From: Thraustochytrium aureum
Taxonomy: Eukaryota
Assembly: GCA_012862495.1 (NCBI GenBank)
Contig: BLSG01000132.1
Location: 53,448-73,447, forward strand
Direction of reading: 5' to 3'
DNA length: 20,000 nucleotides
The notes beneath the pieces were generated by a model that saw only the letters and a program-made list of their open reading frames with translations, searched no databases and was not told where the DNA came from. A program made the translations under genes and the position numbers. The stretch's first letter is position 1. Each line of letters opens with the position of its first letter. Below, in pieces: positions 8,903 to 18,664 of the stretch.

Positions 8903-9032
8903 NNNNNNNNNNNNNNNNNNNNNNNNNNNNNNNNNNNNNNNNNNNNNNNNNNNNNNNNNNNNNNNNNNNNNNNNNNNNNNNNNNNNNNNNNNNNNNNNNN
9001 NNNNNNNNNNNNNNNNNNNNNNNNNNNNNNNN
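8903..9032. other. Assembly gap (N run)
   Basis: Run of N. Confidence 0.99.
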
Positions 9033-9192
9033 CTGTGATCATTTTGGACTTTTGCGCGGCGCTGCGGCCTTGGAGGCTTGGGCAGCCCTGGCGCTGTTGC
9101 GTTGGCGAAATGCTCATTTGCATGCTTTCAGCAAGTTGCTTTCAGGCAGCACGCAACAAGTTGTCTGACGCGCGACGCTGCTTGGTGCTTGG

Positions 9193-11158
9193 TCACTGCC
9201 CGCTGGTTGGCAAGTGAGAAAAGGAGAGCGGCAGCACGGCGCAGTCCACCTCTAGCGGCGCTGAATACGCGCGCGCTCCGCCGGTGTGGGCCTCGATGTC
9301 GCGGTCCACGGCTCCACCGAGCGAGAAGGATGCCGGCCAATAGTACGCTGCCTTGCGGCTGGCGGTTGAGAGAAGCCCAATTTCTTGCAAGGCCGCTGCG
9401 ACGAGCTCAGAGCAAAAGAACGCGTCCTCATCAGTTGCCTCGGTGCCGTTCAGGGGGCGCAGCGTTTGCATTGCGCTGCCCTTGCCTCGAGCCGGTGTGC
9501 CCGAGCTGACTCTGCGCCCGCATTTGCGGGCGCTTTCGTCCTCTTTGCACTCTACCTCGTCCTGGTCCGCCGCGGCAAGCTGCTCGCTTTTGGCGGCCTC
9601 GAGGTCCGTGCTGCCATCTTTGGCGCCGCTTTGTGCGACCACGCCAGCTGAAGTGCGTGTGAAGATCAGCTTGCTTAGCGTGAGTGCGTAAGGAAGGCCG
9701 CGGACGCGCTCGGCGAAGCGGCCCAACTTGACTCGTGTCGGCGCGTCGAGCTCGCCGACATATCGGCGAAGCGCGATTAGGCTCGTGTAGCCGCCGGCGC
9801 TGTAGGCGTACACGCGCTCGGCTAGCGGAAAGCATTCGACGCCGCAACCGGTAGCTTCGAGAACCTCCTTGTATAGCGCCCCCCCGTGTCCTCACGACGA
9901 TGGCCACATGGTCCCAGTGCGACGAGGTCACCCTGCGCTGAAGGGCCGCAACCGGGTTGCACGAGCGGAACAGTATGATGTCGCCTTCGCGCGCCACGTT
10001 GTTGAGCTGCGTGACGTGCACGCGGTCGGCCACCACCTTGGCTCGTCTGCTGCTTACTTGTTGTGGGACTGCGAGCATGCCTAGAAAAGCAAGCAAGTCC
10101 TTGGGCGGTTGGTTTTTGATCGGCGGCACCTCCAGCAGCTTTTGGAGATAGTCCTGTAGCTCGCCGCGGCGTTGCTCCATGAGCTGAGCGCCCGTGCTGT
10201 GCCTTGCAAGGAGCTGGCGCCGAGGAAGTCTTGGGCGCGCCGGCGTGGTTGCGAGAGGTGGTGCCCTTGAGGCTGGCAGCGCATTGGTCTTTGAAGAGTC
10301 GCGCCTGTGCCTGGCAGGGGCACTGGTTTCCCGGCCAACGCTCGGCCCAGATTCTGGTTTTGCTGCAGAAAAGCTCTGGCGTCGCGGTAAAGGGGCCTCG
10401 TCCTCCAAGCCAGCGCGGCTAAGTCTCCTACGGATTCGAGCTGGAACGTACTCGTCATGAGCCGCCTTGCGGTCACGTGAGTCAACCTCCTCCGTGCACT
10501 TCGCCTCAGCCGAGGCCTCTCGCGGACTGTGTTGCACTGCTCGCTGCTCGCTGTGAGCAAGCGCGAGACTCGCTGGTGTACAGGAAGAGGCGCTGGAGAC
10601 CTGCGTCTTGCGTTTGGACTCGCGCTCGCGGACCCATGCTGCGATATCTGGCAACGCAAGCAGCGCCCTATGGAGAGCCCGAAATTCTCGAAAGCGGCGG
10701 TACACCGTCCACTCCAGGTCGCCAGCGCGCACCACGATGGTATACTTGGCGAAGCCAGCTTCGCAAAGGATAGCCGCCGTGACGCAGACGTGAAGGAGGT
10801 CGCTTTCAGGGGCGTCCGCGACTCGCGCAAGCTCGAGTTCGACTCGATTCGCATCGTGCATGGCAAAGTCCACGCTGAAGACGTGCTTGACTGAGAGATC
10901 CTCCTCAGACAGCCACGAGTGCGGGTCGCGTACAGGCGCACCAACGCGTCTCAGAATGTACTCGTCCCGGTTTGCGCCTTCAAATAGCTCCTCGACCGCC
11001 CGTTCCTTCAGGTCGAGGATTTTCATGTTTGCAACTCGCAGGATCTCCTCCCAGGCAACCTCGACAGCAACATTCTCGCGCTCTATCCCAGCAATCCCTG
11101 CCTTGGGCGTCGCGCGCGCAATACGTATCGTGCGCGCAGGCCGCCTTCGCTCAGCCAT
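9193..11158 (-). CDS. PX-domain + permuted papain-like NlpC/P60 (YiiX/YebB-like) hydrolase, with one frameshift
   Basis: PX: KYTIVVRAGDLEWTVYRRFREFRALHRAL ... PRLPRR...MEQRRGELQDYLQKLL...LLAFLG. Hydrolase: GDIILFR...SHWDHVAIVV, then after a shift at the 7-C run 9879-9885, LYKEVLEATGCGVECFPL...GLPY...FFCSELVAAALQEIGLL...YYWPASF. Confidence 0.85.
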
Positions 11159-11213
11159 CGAGCCGCCAGTGGCCGCGTCTCACGGAAGGTCGTCCTTGGG
11201 CCTCGGCCGCGCC

Positions 11214-12008
11214 NNNNNNNNNNNNNNNNNNNNNNNNNNNNNNNNNNNNNNNNNNNNNNNNNNNNNNNNNNNNNNNNNNNNNNNNNNNNNNNNNNNNNNN
11301 NNNNNNNNNNNNNNNNNNNNNNNNNNNNNNNNNNNNNNNNNNNNNNNNNNNNNNNNNNNNNNNNNNNNNNNNNNNNNNNNNNNNNNNNNNNNNNNNNNNN
11401 NNNNNNNNNNNNNNNNNNNNNNNNNNNNNNNNNNNNNNNNNNNNNNNNNNNNNNNNNNNNNNNNNNNNNNNNNNNNNNNNNNNNNNNNNNNNNNNNNNNN
11501 NNNNNNNNNNNNNNNNNNNNNNNNNNNNNNNNNNNNNNNNNNNNNNNNNNNNNNNNNNNNNNNNNNNNNNNNNNNNNNNNNNNNNNNNNNNNNNNNNNNN
11601 NNNNNNNNNNNNNNNNNNNNNNNNNNNNNNNNNNNNNNNNNNNNNNNNNNNNNNNNNNNNNNNNNNNNNNNNNNNNNNNNNNNNNNNNNNNNNNNNNNNN
11701 NNNNNNNNNNNNNNNNNNNNNNNNNNNNNNNNNNNNNNNNNNNNNNNNNNNNNNNNNNNNNNNNNNNNNNNNNNNNNNNNNNNNNNNNNNNNNNNNNNNN
11801 NNNNNNNNNNNNNNNNNNNNNNNNNNNNNNNNNNNNNNNNNNNNNNNNNNNNNNNNNNNNNNNNNNNNNNNNNNNNNNNNNNNNNNNNNNNNNNNNNNNN
11901 NNNNNNNNNNNNNNNNNNNNNNNNNNNNNNNNNNNNNNNNNNNNNNNNNNNNNNNNNNNNNNNNNNNNNNNNNNNNNNNNNNNNNNNNNNNNNNNNNNNN
12001 NNNNNNNN
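11214..12008. other. Assembly gap (N run), probably hiding RPL38 exon 1
   Basis: Run of N upstream of the RPL38 coding exon. Confidence 0.95.
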
Positions 12009-12165
12009 CGGGTTGTCGGCCGCCGTGCCTGCGCGCTGCGGAGGGCGTGGGGGTAGAGTGGGGAGTTGGTGGGCCTTGGCGTGGAGCGGGAGCGGGGGCC
12101 TGGTCCCATGGGAGGTCGGGTTTTGTGATGAGCGAGTGCCTGACATGCCGTGTGACCCGACGCAG

Positions 12166-12375
12166 CCGAAGGAGATCAAGGAGATCCGCGACTTTCTGCA
12201 GAAGGCTCGCAGGAAAGATGCCACCTCGGTTCGCATCAAGAAGGTGAAGAACAACACTACCAAGTTCAAGATCCGCTGCAGCCGGTACCTGTACACGCTC
12301 TGCGTGGCTGACCCCGAGAAGGCCGAGAAGCTGACACAGTCGCTCCCCCCTGGCCTCAAGAAGAAGGACCTCTAA
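12166..12375 (+). CDS. RPL38: 60S ribosomal protein eL38 (main coding exon)
   Basis: [64 protein letters not shown] is unmistakable eL38. It is preceded by CTGAC (12140-12144) and CAG (12163-12165), consistent with an intron right after the start codon. Confidence 0.97.
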   Translation, partial: PKEIKEIRDFLQKARRKDATSVRIKKVKNNTTKFKIRCSRYLYTLCVADPEKAEKLTQSLPPGLKKKDL

Positions 12376-12667
12376 AGTGCCGTATTTGGAGCTGATGATC
12401 TTCTCTGCTGGTTTCTTTTTGAAGGCTTTCGGACGTTGCGGAAAGCCTCCGCGAAAGCAGGCCTTCCTTGCGGTTGAGTTGAGCAGGTTGGCAACAGCGT
12501 GCACCGCCTGCGCCGCGCAAGTCCCAATGCGCGCGTTTGAATGTCTTTGCTTGCGCCCATGCGCAGACGCGGCGGAACTCCGTATCGCACGGACAGGAGG
12601 CCGCCCTCCGCGAAAGCCCAAGTACAGTCCTGCGTACTTCGTCTACATCAAGAGAAAAGCCGTTCCC

Positions 12668-12718
12668 AGGCGTGAAGAATGGGATAGGCGTGAAGAATGG
12701 GATAGGCGTGAATGGGAT
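12668..12718. repeat. 18-bp tandem repeat, about 2.8 copies
   Basis: aggcgtgaagaatgggat twice, then aggcgtgaatgggat, between the convergent RPL38 and RPF2 3' ends. Confidence 0.9.
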
Positions 12719-12739
12719 GCACAACGTGTTTCTCGTCTA

Positions 12740-13693
12740 TCACTTCTCAACCTTTGCACGCTTGAGCGTCTTCTTAAAGCGGCTGCGCGTGACAAGTTTG
12801 GACATGTCTTGGCGCTCCATGTGTATCCGTCCGAGCGTGCCCTGAAGCTCGTCGTGCGAGATGTTTTTGACCTTTTTGGGCTGGCCAACGTTCTTGGGCT
12901 GCTTGAGAGCCATCTTCATGAGGTTGGGCGCAGGCAGCCTGGCGCGACGCACCGTGAGGTCGATGGACGGGCCCATGTCGACCAACGCGAGCTCGGGCAT
13001 CTTGACGCCGTCAATCTGCACCGCGGCCGTGCGCGTGGCCGGCGCGCTAGTTTGGCCCTCCTCCTCGCGCGCCTTAAAAGCCACCACGTAGTTGCGCACG
13101 TAGACGACGCCCTCGGCGGCCGTGCAGACGACCAGATGGTCGAGCGCGGTGAGGTCGGCCTGCTCGTGCTGCGCGGGGCGGAACAGGTCGAGCAGCATGC
13201 TGCGCAGAGTCTGCATGTTGGTATCCTTGTCGAACTCGTCGCCATGGAAAACCACCGCGCTTTGGCCGCCGAGGGACTTGGTCGCCTTGGACCGCTTGAG
13301 CATCTCGTGGATCGAGATGTAGTCGCTCACCCCGAGCTCGACCATGTCGAGCAACTGCTGGTCGAAGATGCGGCCCAGGACCAAGTTGTTGGGGCGCTTC
13401 TTGGAGTGCGAGGCCATGGCGAACATGCCGCAGTCGTTCTTGTTGCAGAGGAACTCGAGCCGCGTCTCGTCCTCGAACGGCCTCAAGTCGTCGTTCTTGC
13501 GCGAAAACAGCACGGCGTCTTCACCGTCCTTGACGCGCTTCAGGTCGCGCAAGAGCTCGATTCCATGTGTCCCTGCGCGCGCAGCCCGAATCAGCAGGAT
13601 GCGTTTGCGCCGCTCGACCAGCGTGGGCTGGCGCGCCTTCTCGCGCCGCACAATGTGCCCGCGCTTCCGCTTTCCAACCAGCGGCTTGCCCAT
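12740..13693 (-). CDS. RPF2: Ribosome production factor 2 (Brix domain)
   Basis: SRKNDDLRPFEDETRLEFLCNKNDCGMFAMASHSKKRPNNLVLGRIFDQQLLDMVELG, LRSMLLDLFR, PELALVDMGPSIDLTVRR, KKVKNISHDELQGTLGRIHMERQDMSKL. First ATG is at 13693 (MGKPLVGKRKRG). Confidence 0.95.
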   Translation of the reverse strand: MGKPLVGKRKRGHIVRREKARQPTLVERRKRILLIRAARAGTHGIELLRDLKRVKDGEDAVLFSRKNDDLRPFEDETRLEFLCNKNDCGMFAMASHSKKRPNNLVLGRIFDQQLLDMVELGVSDYISIHEMLKRSKATKSLGGQSAVVFHGDEFDKDTNMQTLRSMLLDLFRPAQHEQADLTALDHLVVCTAAEGVVYVRNYVVAFKAREEEGQTSAPATRTAAVQIDGVKMPELALVDMGPSIDLTVRRARLPAPNLMKMALKQPKNVGQPKKVKNISHDELQGTLGRIHMERQDMSKLVTRSRFKKTLKRAKVEK

Positions 13694-14195
13694 TCTTCGA
13701 TTCTCCTTGGTCACAGGGCACGCAGGCAGGTGGCCGACTATCCCGCCAAGCGTAAACCCAACTGCGCAGCTCGATCCGGCCGACCTCGCCCGCGTCGCGC
13801 TCTGCTCTCCACGCACTTGGTGCTCTGCAAGTGGGACCTGCCAGTTAAAAACGTTCCGCACTATTTGCGTTCCGCGCGTTCTCTGCGATGCTGGAGCAGA
13901 GCCGTTGAGGTGGCCGAGTGAGGTGCCAGTCTCATCCGTCAGGAGTAGAGTACTCTGCTACCATGGTCCAGACCACGGGACGCGCCGACACAGCTTTTGC
14001 CGTGTACACAAGCCATGGGCGAGCCGAGCCCACCACTTCAGGTTGCTCGCTCTCTCTTGACACAGGGCTCGATCTGAGAACTAGCGAATGGACACGAGGC
14101 GCTTGCAGGTCGCCGAAGACAACACGGAATCTCGGGCTTGACGCGCGCTACAGCAGCAGCTCTCGCGAACCGGCTTGAATCAAAACCGTGCAGAG

Positions 14196-14760
14196 TCAGT
14201 TGCTCTGGGGTAGCTTGGGGGTGGAAGAGATGGGGCGCTCCTCTGGGGTAGCTGGGGGTGGAAGAGATGGAGCGCTCTGCGCTGTCTCTAGCTGAGAGCA
14301 CGCATGAGGAGTGCAACTCGTTTGGGTTGCACGCTTGGCTGCGACTCCGGCAAGTGCATGGAAACGCTCATTTTCCAGGTTGGGGACGATACCGAATTCG
14401 CGCAACAGGCCTCCTGCAAGCAGCCGCTGGGCTTTCGGTCCAAGCTCGTCGAGAACCCGTTCGAGGAACCGCACGCGGGACCTGAATTCTGATTTCGGGT
14501 GGGTGAAGCGCCTGCCTGCGTCCATCGCGTCGGACTCGCTCCGGAGCTCGCCCAGCGAAACCTGGGCTACTTCTGACGCCGACGCAGGCGCATGCACAAG
14601 ACCGTGCTTCTTTTTTGCGAGCTCAAGCGCCGGAATGGCAAACGATTGCCTTGGAGGACGTTGCGCAGGCCACCGGGACTTTCGCCAAAGCGGATGCCGA
14701 GCCAGCTGCGCAACGACCTAGTCCTATGCTACCGACGGCGCGGCAGAGGCTCCGGGCCAT
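14196..14760 (-). CDS. Hypothetical protein (needs a frameshift near 14640-14690 to join an ATG at 14760)
   Basis: Helical-looking core AIPALELAKKKHGL...KSEFRSRVRFLERVLDELGPKAQRLLAGGLLREFG. An upstream frame begins MARSLCRAVGSIGLGRCAAG. No family recognised. Confidence 0.35.
14203..14277. repeat. Near-perfect 37/38-bp tandem duplication
   Basis: ctctggggtagcttgggggtggaagagatggggcgctc (14203-14240) followed by ctctggggtagctgggggtggaagagatggagcgctc (14241-14277). Confidence 0.9.
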
Positions 14761-14834
14761 CCCGATAAAATCTTGCCGCGGCGACCAAGGCACAGCTTGC
14801 CGCGCCGGAGCAGTGCACGTTTCCTTGCACCACA

Positions 14835-14862
14835 AGCCAGCCAGCCAGCCAGCCAGCCAGCC
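14835..14862. repeat. (AGCC)7 microsatellite
   Basis: Seven consecutive agcc units. Confidence 0.95.
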
Positions 14863-14955
14863 AACCCATCGTCAAGCGTCTTTTCGCCCCCCTCCTTGCA
14901 CTCGCGCCCTCAGCTGCTCGCTGCCTCGCCGGCGGCGACGGTCGTCCTCACCACG

Positions 14956-15365
14956 NNNNNNNNNNNNNNNNNNNNNNNNNNNNNNNNNNNNNNNNNNNNN
15001 NNNNNNNNNNNNNNNNNNNNNNNNNNNNNNNNNNNNNNNNNNNNNNNNNNNNNNNNNNNNNNNNNNNNNNNNNNNNNNNNNNNNNNNNNNNNNNNNNNNN
15101 NNNNNNNNNNNNNNNNNNNNNNNNNNNNNNNNNNNNNNNNNNNNNNNNNNNNNNNNNNNNNNNNNNNNNNNNNNNNNNNNNNNNNNNNNNNNNNNNNNNN
15201 NNNNNNNNNNNNNNNNNNNNNNNNNNNNNNNNNNNNNNNNNNNNNNNNNNNNNNNNNNNNNNNNNNNNNNNNNNNNNNNNNNNNNNNNNNNNNNNNNNNN
15301 NNNNNNNNNNNNNNNNNNNNNNNNNNNNNNNNNNNNNNNNNNNNNNNNNNNNNNNNNNNNNNNNN
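14956..15365. other. Assembly gap (N run), probably containing the start of the SANT gene
   Basis: Run of N; the downstream frame is open from 15366. Confidence 0.95.
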
Positions 15366-16529
15366 GAGCAAGGCGAAGGGCGGGCGAACGACGACAACGC
15401 CTCGTACGGCGGCGACGGCGAGGCCGGCGACGAGGCCAAGAAACCCAAGAAACGCAAGAGAAAGAAGGCGAAGAAACTCAAGAAGGACAAGGGCGACAAG
15501 GGCGAACGCGCCGAGAGGATCTCCTCTAAACGGCACAAGCCTGGAGCGTCCCCTGCTGCGAGCCGAGCCGCCACGAGCCCCTTGCCGCCAAGCGCCAGCC
15601 GCGGTCCCGTGGAGCGCGCGCCATCGCGCGCGAGCAGCGGAAAGAAGCGAGGAGTGACGGCAGGCGACGTGCTCGACTTTTGCGCCGACCTAGCGCGAGA
15701 GCCGTTCACGCGCGTTGCCGAGGCTTCTCCATACAAGGCCGAAGTCTTTGTGATTCGAGATGTAAGTTGCCTGTTTGCCGCGATGATGGCGCGGCGGTTG
15801 CCTGACCGCTGCAAACGCGCCGTGCGCAGAAATTCTACGAAGGGCCGCCGATCGGCAAGAAAAAACCTGGCACTGGCGGCACGCCCCTTGCAAATGTGGC
15901 CGGGGCTGTCTCTGCTGTGCAGCGGCCGCGCCGCGCGGACCGACCGTGCTCGCCGTCGCTCTTTGTGGCCCCCGGTGACGACACGGACTTTGAGAAGCGC
16001 ATGTCAGGCCGCCTAAACAACCCCCAGGTGGGCCTCGAGCGCCTCCAGAAGGCGATGCGCGAGCAGCAGTACTTTTCCTGCCCGCCAGACATAAACGGTC
16101 CCTCGCTGCGGATCAAGACCAGCCGGCAGCTCTCGATGCTCACGGGGAGCAAGGTACGTTTGGACCCTTGGCGTTTCGCGGTTTGCTTGCTGTGCAGCGC
16201 AGGCGGCTTCTGACAGGAGGGACTTTGACCTGGCGCAGGGTATTGGCAAAAAGTCGGGGTCCGCCGCGCGCTCTGGGCCCGGCCTCATCGGGTTGCAACA
16301 CCACAGGTCTCTTGGAGTCCTCGCAAGTCCACTGTACCGCCCGACGATCGAGGAGCAGTGGTCAAGCCGTGAGGTCGCGCTTTTCGAGGCCGGGATCTGC
16401 GCGTACGGCAAACGCTTTCACGCAATCCAAAAGCAGATCGGCACAAAAATCTACGCGGCAGGTTGTCGACTTTTACACGTCTGGAAGAAGACTGAAAGCT
16501 ACAGGGTCTGGAAGCGCGCCTACGAATAA
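15366..16529 (+). CDS. Lys-rich nuclear protein with a C-terminal SANT/Myb-like domain (MTA/RERE/MIER-type); three visible exons, 5' end in the gap
   Basis: Exons 15366-15761, 15830-16153 and 16203-16529 join in frame. NLS-like KKPKKRKRKKAKK. SANT: EQWSSREVALFEAGICAYGKRFHAIQKQIGTK[STRQVVDFY]xVWKKTESYRVWK, where the bracketed part lies in a shifted frame. Confidence 0.8.
15762..15829 (+). other. Spliceosomal intron, 68 nt, phase 0
   Basis: GTAAGT donor, CCTGAC branch point (15801-15806), GCGCAG acceptor. Removal joins two ORFs in frame. Confidence 0.85.
16154..16202 (+). other. Probable spliceosomal intron, 49 nt, phase 0
   Basis: AAG|GTACGT donor. The acceptor CGCAG at 16202 restores the SANT frame; a competing AG lies at 16197. 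Confidence 0.6.
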
Positions 16530-16600
16530 AGGATTCTGTTCCGATGGCCGCAATCCTCGGCGCCCGAGAGCTCGCACCGCTGGTCCGGTCCTCGTTGCGC

Positions 16601-17256
16601 NNNNNNNNNNNNNNNNNNNNNNNNNNNNNNNNNNNNNNNNNNNNNNNNNNNNNNNNNNNNNNNNNNNNNNNNNNNNNNNNNNNNNNNNNNNNNNNNNNNN
16701 NNNNNNNNNNNNNNNNNNNNNNNNNNNNNNNNNNNNNNNNNNNNNNNNNNNNNNNNNNNNNNNNNNNNNNNNNNNNNNNNNNNNNNNNNNNNNNNNNNNN
16801 NNNNNNNNNNNNNNNNNNNNNNNNNNNNNNNNNNNNNNNNNNNNNNNNNNNNNNNNNNNNNNNNNNNNNNNNNNNNNNNNNNNNNNNNNNNNNNNNNNNN
16901 NNNNNNNNNNNNNNNNNNNNNNNNNNNNNNNNNNNNNNNNNNNNNNNNNNNNNNNNNNNNNNNNNNNNNNNNNNNNNNNNNNNNNNNNNNNNNNNNNNNN
17001 NNNNNNNNNNNNNNNNNNNNNNNNNNNNNNNNNNNNNNNNNNNNNNNNNNNNNNNNNNNNNNNNNNNNNNNNNNNNNNNNNNNNNNNNNNNNNNNNNNNN
17101 NNNNNNNNNNNNNNNNNNNNNNNNNNNNNNNNNNNNNNNNNNNNNNNNNNNNNNNNNNNNNNNNNNNNNNNNNNNNNNNNNNNNNNNNNNNNNNNNNNNN
17201 NNNNNNNNNNNNNNNNNNNNNNNNNNNNNNNNNNNNNNNNNNNNNNNNNNNNNNNN
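16601..17256. other. Assembly gap (N run)
   Basis: Run of N. Confidence 0.99.
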
Positions 17257-17377
17257 GCCGCTCCACCGACCAGCCGCCGGGCACCGGGCTCTGGCGCTGC
17301 GATGGACGCGGTCAGTTCTGGCAAAGACTCGGAATTGGCACTCGTTTTTCTGTTTCGATTGATGATGGAGTTTCTGA

Positions 17378-18664
17378 TTAGTTGCATGGCGCACGCCGCC
17401 TACCTGCCCGACCGGCGGCGCTGTCTGGACTCCAATCGCGCGCAAGCGACACGCTAGGCCGCGGCCGCCACGGCCCGCGCCGCTGAAGTCGCAAGGCCGC
17501 CAGGTCTCGCAGGTGGCGGCCGGCCACGGCGTCGAGCATGGCCGAAAAGTCAATGTGGCCCGCATAGTGCCTGATCACCGCCGAGGTACGCTCCGTATCA
17601 GACACGTTGAGCTTGGCCGTATACTTGCGAAGCCGCTCAGATACAGCCTCGAGGCTCTCGTGCGCGCATAGCACAGGGGCGCCGTGGAACTGATTCCAGT
17701 CGTTCCTGCAGGCGGCAGCATTGTGCCCGACAACCAACAGGCCGGTCTGCGGGTTTGCTCGCTGTCCGGCGCCCAATCCCTGTGCGTGCTCTCGAAACTC
17801 TTCGATCAGGTCCTGGCGCGACGCGTGCACCGCGTAGAGCGTGGGCTTGCCTGCGTTTAGGTTGAAATCGAGCATGGCCTGAAACTCGGCCGGCCCGGTG
17901 AGAACGGTCTCGAGGTCGTCGAGGTGTGCGCAGCGGTGGTTTTGGCCTGAAACGAGGCGCATGCCGAGCCGCTCAAAGTCGAGCAGCGCAGGGCTCGAGA
18001 GGAACTCGATGTCGGGGACGCAACCCAAGATCGGGACCTCGTACAACCGCTCCAGCGCGCGGCCCGTATACTCGCGGACATCCTGCAGCTTGTCTGGGCG
18101 CACTTTGTTGAGCAAGACGCCGCACACGGTCGCGCCCTGCGCCTTGCACAGCTCGTAGTTGAGCGCAAACTCGTCCAGGGCCGACCCGATGCCGCCGTTT
18201 AGCACCAAGATCATGGGCACGCGAAGTCGCGCCGCCACGCTGGCGTTGCTCAGCCCCACGCTAGACCCGACGCCCACGTGTCCGGTCCCTTCGACGACAG
18301 TGAACGAGCTGCGTCCGGTGATGGCGTCAAAACACCGTTTAATTTTCGAAAACTCCTGCGAGGCGCTGATCTCACCGTTGAGGAAACGTCTTGTGTACCC
18401 CTTGCCGATCAGGACAGGGGACATCTCATGGTATTGGCCGACGCATCCCAGCGTCTCTTTGAAAAGGGGCACGTCTTTGTCGACGCAGACGCGCTGGTTT
18501 CCCATCGTCACCTGCACACTCTTCTGGCCCACGGGCTTGATAAACCCGATGTTCGACCCGATGCCTAGCAGCTCTTGCATGCCTGACACGAGACCGAGGG
18601 AGGCGCTCGTCTTGCCTACATGCTGCCGCGTCGCCGCGACGTACACGCAGTTGTGCCTCAGCAT
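17378..18664 (-). CDS. Stand-alone BioD-like/phosphotransacetylase N-terminal domain protein (AAA_26, probable degenerate DRTGG)
   Basis: VYVAATRQHVGKTSASLGL (P-loop), IGFIKPVGQ, VDKD, MSPVLI, FTVVEGTGHVGVGSSVGLSNASVA, NGGIGSALDE, GVLLNKV, ILGCVP. A-rich aaaaaATG at 18664; an in-frame stop lies just upstream of the listed GTG. Confidence 0.85.
   Translation of the reverse strand: MLRHNCVYVAATRQHVGKTSASLGLVSGMQELLGIGSNIGFIKPVGQKSVQVTMGNQRVCVDKDVPLFKETLGCVGQYHEMSPVLIGKGYTRRFLNGEISASQEFSKIKRCFDAITGRSSFTVVEGTGHVGVGSSVGLSNASVAARLRVPMILVLNGGIGSALDEFALNYELCKAQGATVCGVLLNKVRPDKLQDVREYTGRALERLYEVPILGCVPDIEFLSSPALLDFERLGMRLVSGQNHRCAHLDDLETVLTGPAEFQAMLDFNLNAGKPTLYAVHASRQDLIEEFREHAQGLGAGQRANPQTGLLVVGHNAAACRNDWNQFHGAPVLCAHESLEAVSERLRKYTAKLNVSDTERTSAVIRHYAGHIDFSAMLDAVAGRHLRDLAALRLQRRGPWRPRPSVSLARDWSPDSAAGRAGRRRAPCN

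Noticed and set aside
10860..12621. Long ORFs crossing N runs (also at 14.6-15.8 kb and 16.2-17.6 kb)
   Set aside because: Their length comes from X codons in assembly gaps.
12668..12718. Short direct repeats as a CRISPR array
   Set aside because: Copies are contiguous with no spacers, there are no cas genes, and the context is eukaryotic.
12166..13693. RPL38-RPF2 adjacency as a functional ribosome-biogenesis cluster
   Set aside because: Only two convergent genes that cannot share a promoter; chance adjacency is plausible in a compact genome without synteny data.
16544..17382. Gene spanning the 16601-17256 gap (MAAILGARELAPLVRSSLR...)
   Set aside because: The ATG lies only 15 bp after the SANT stop and too little sequence is visible to support strand, frame or product.
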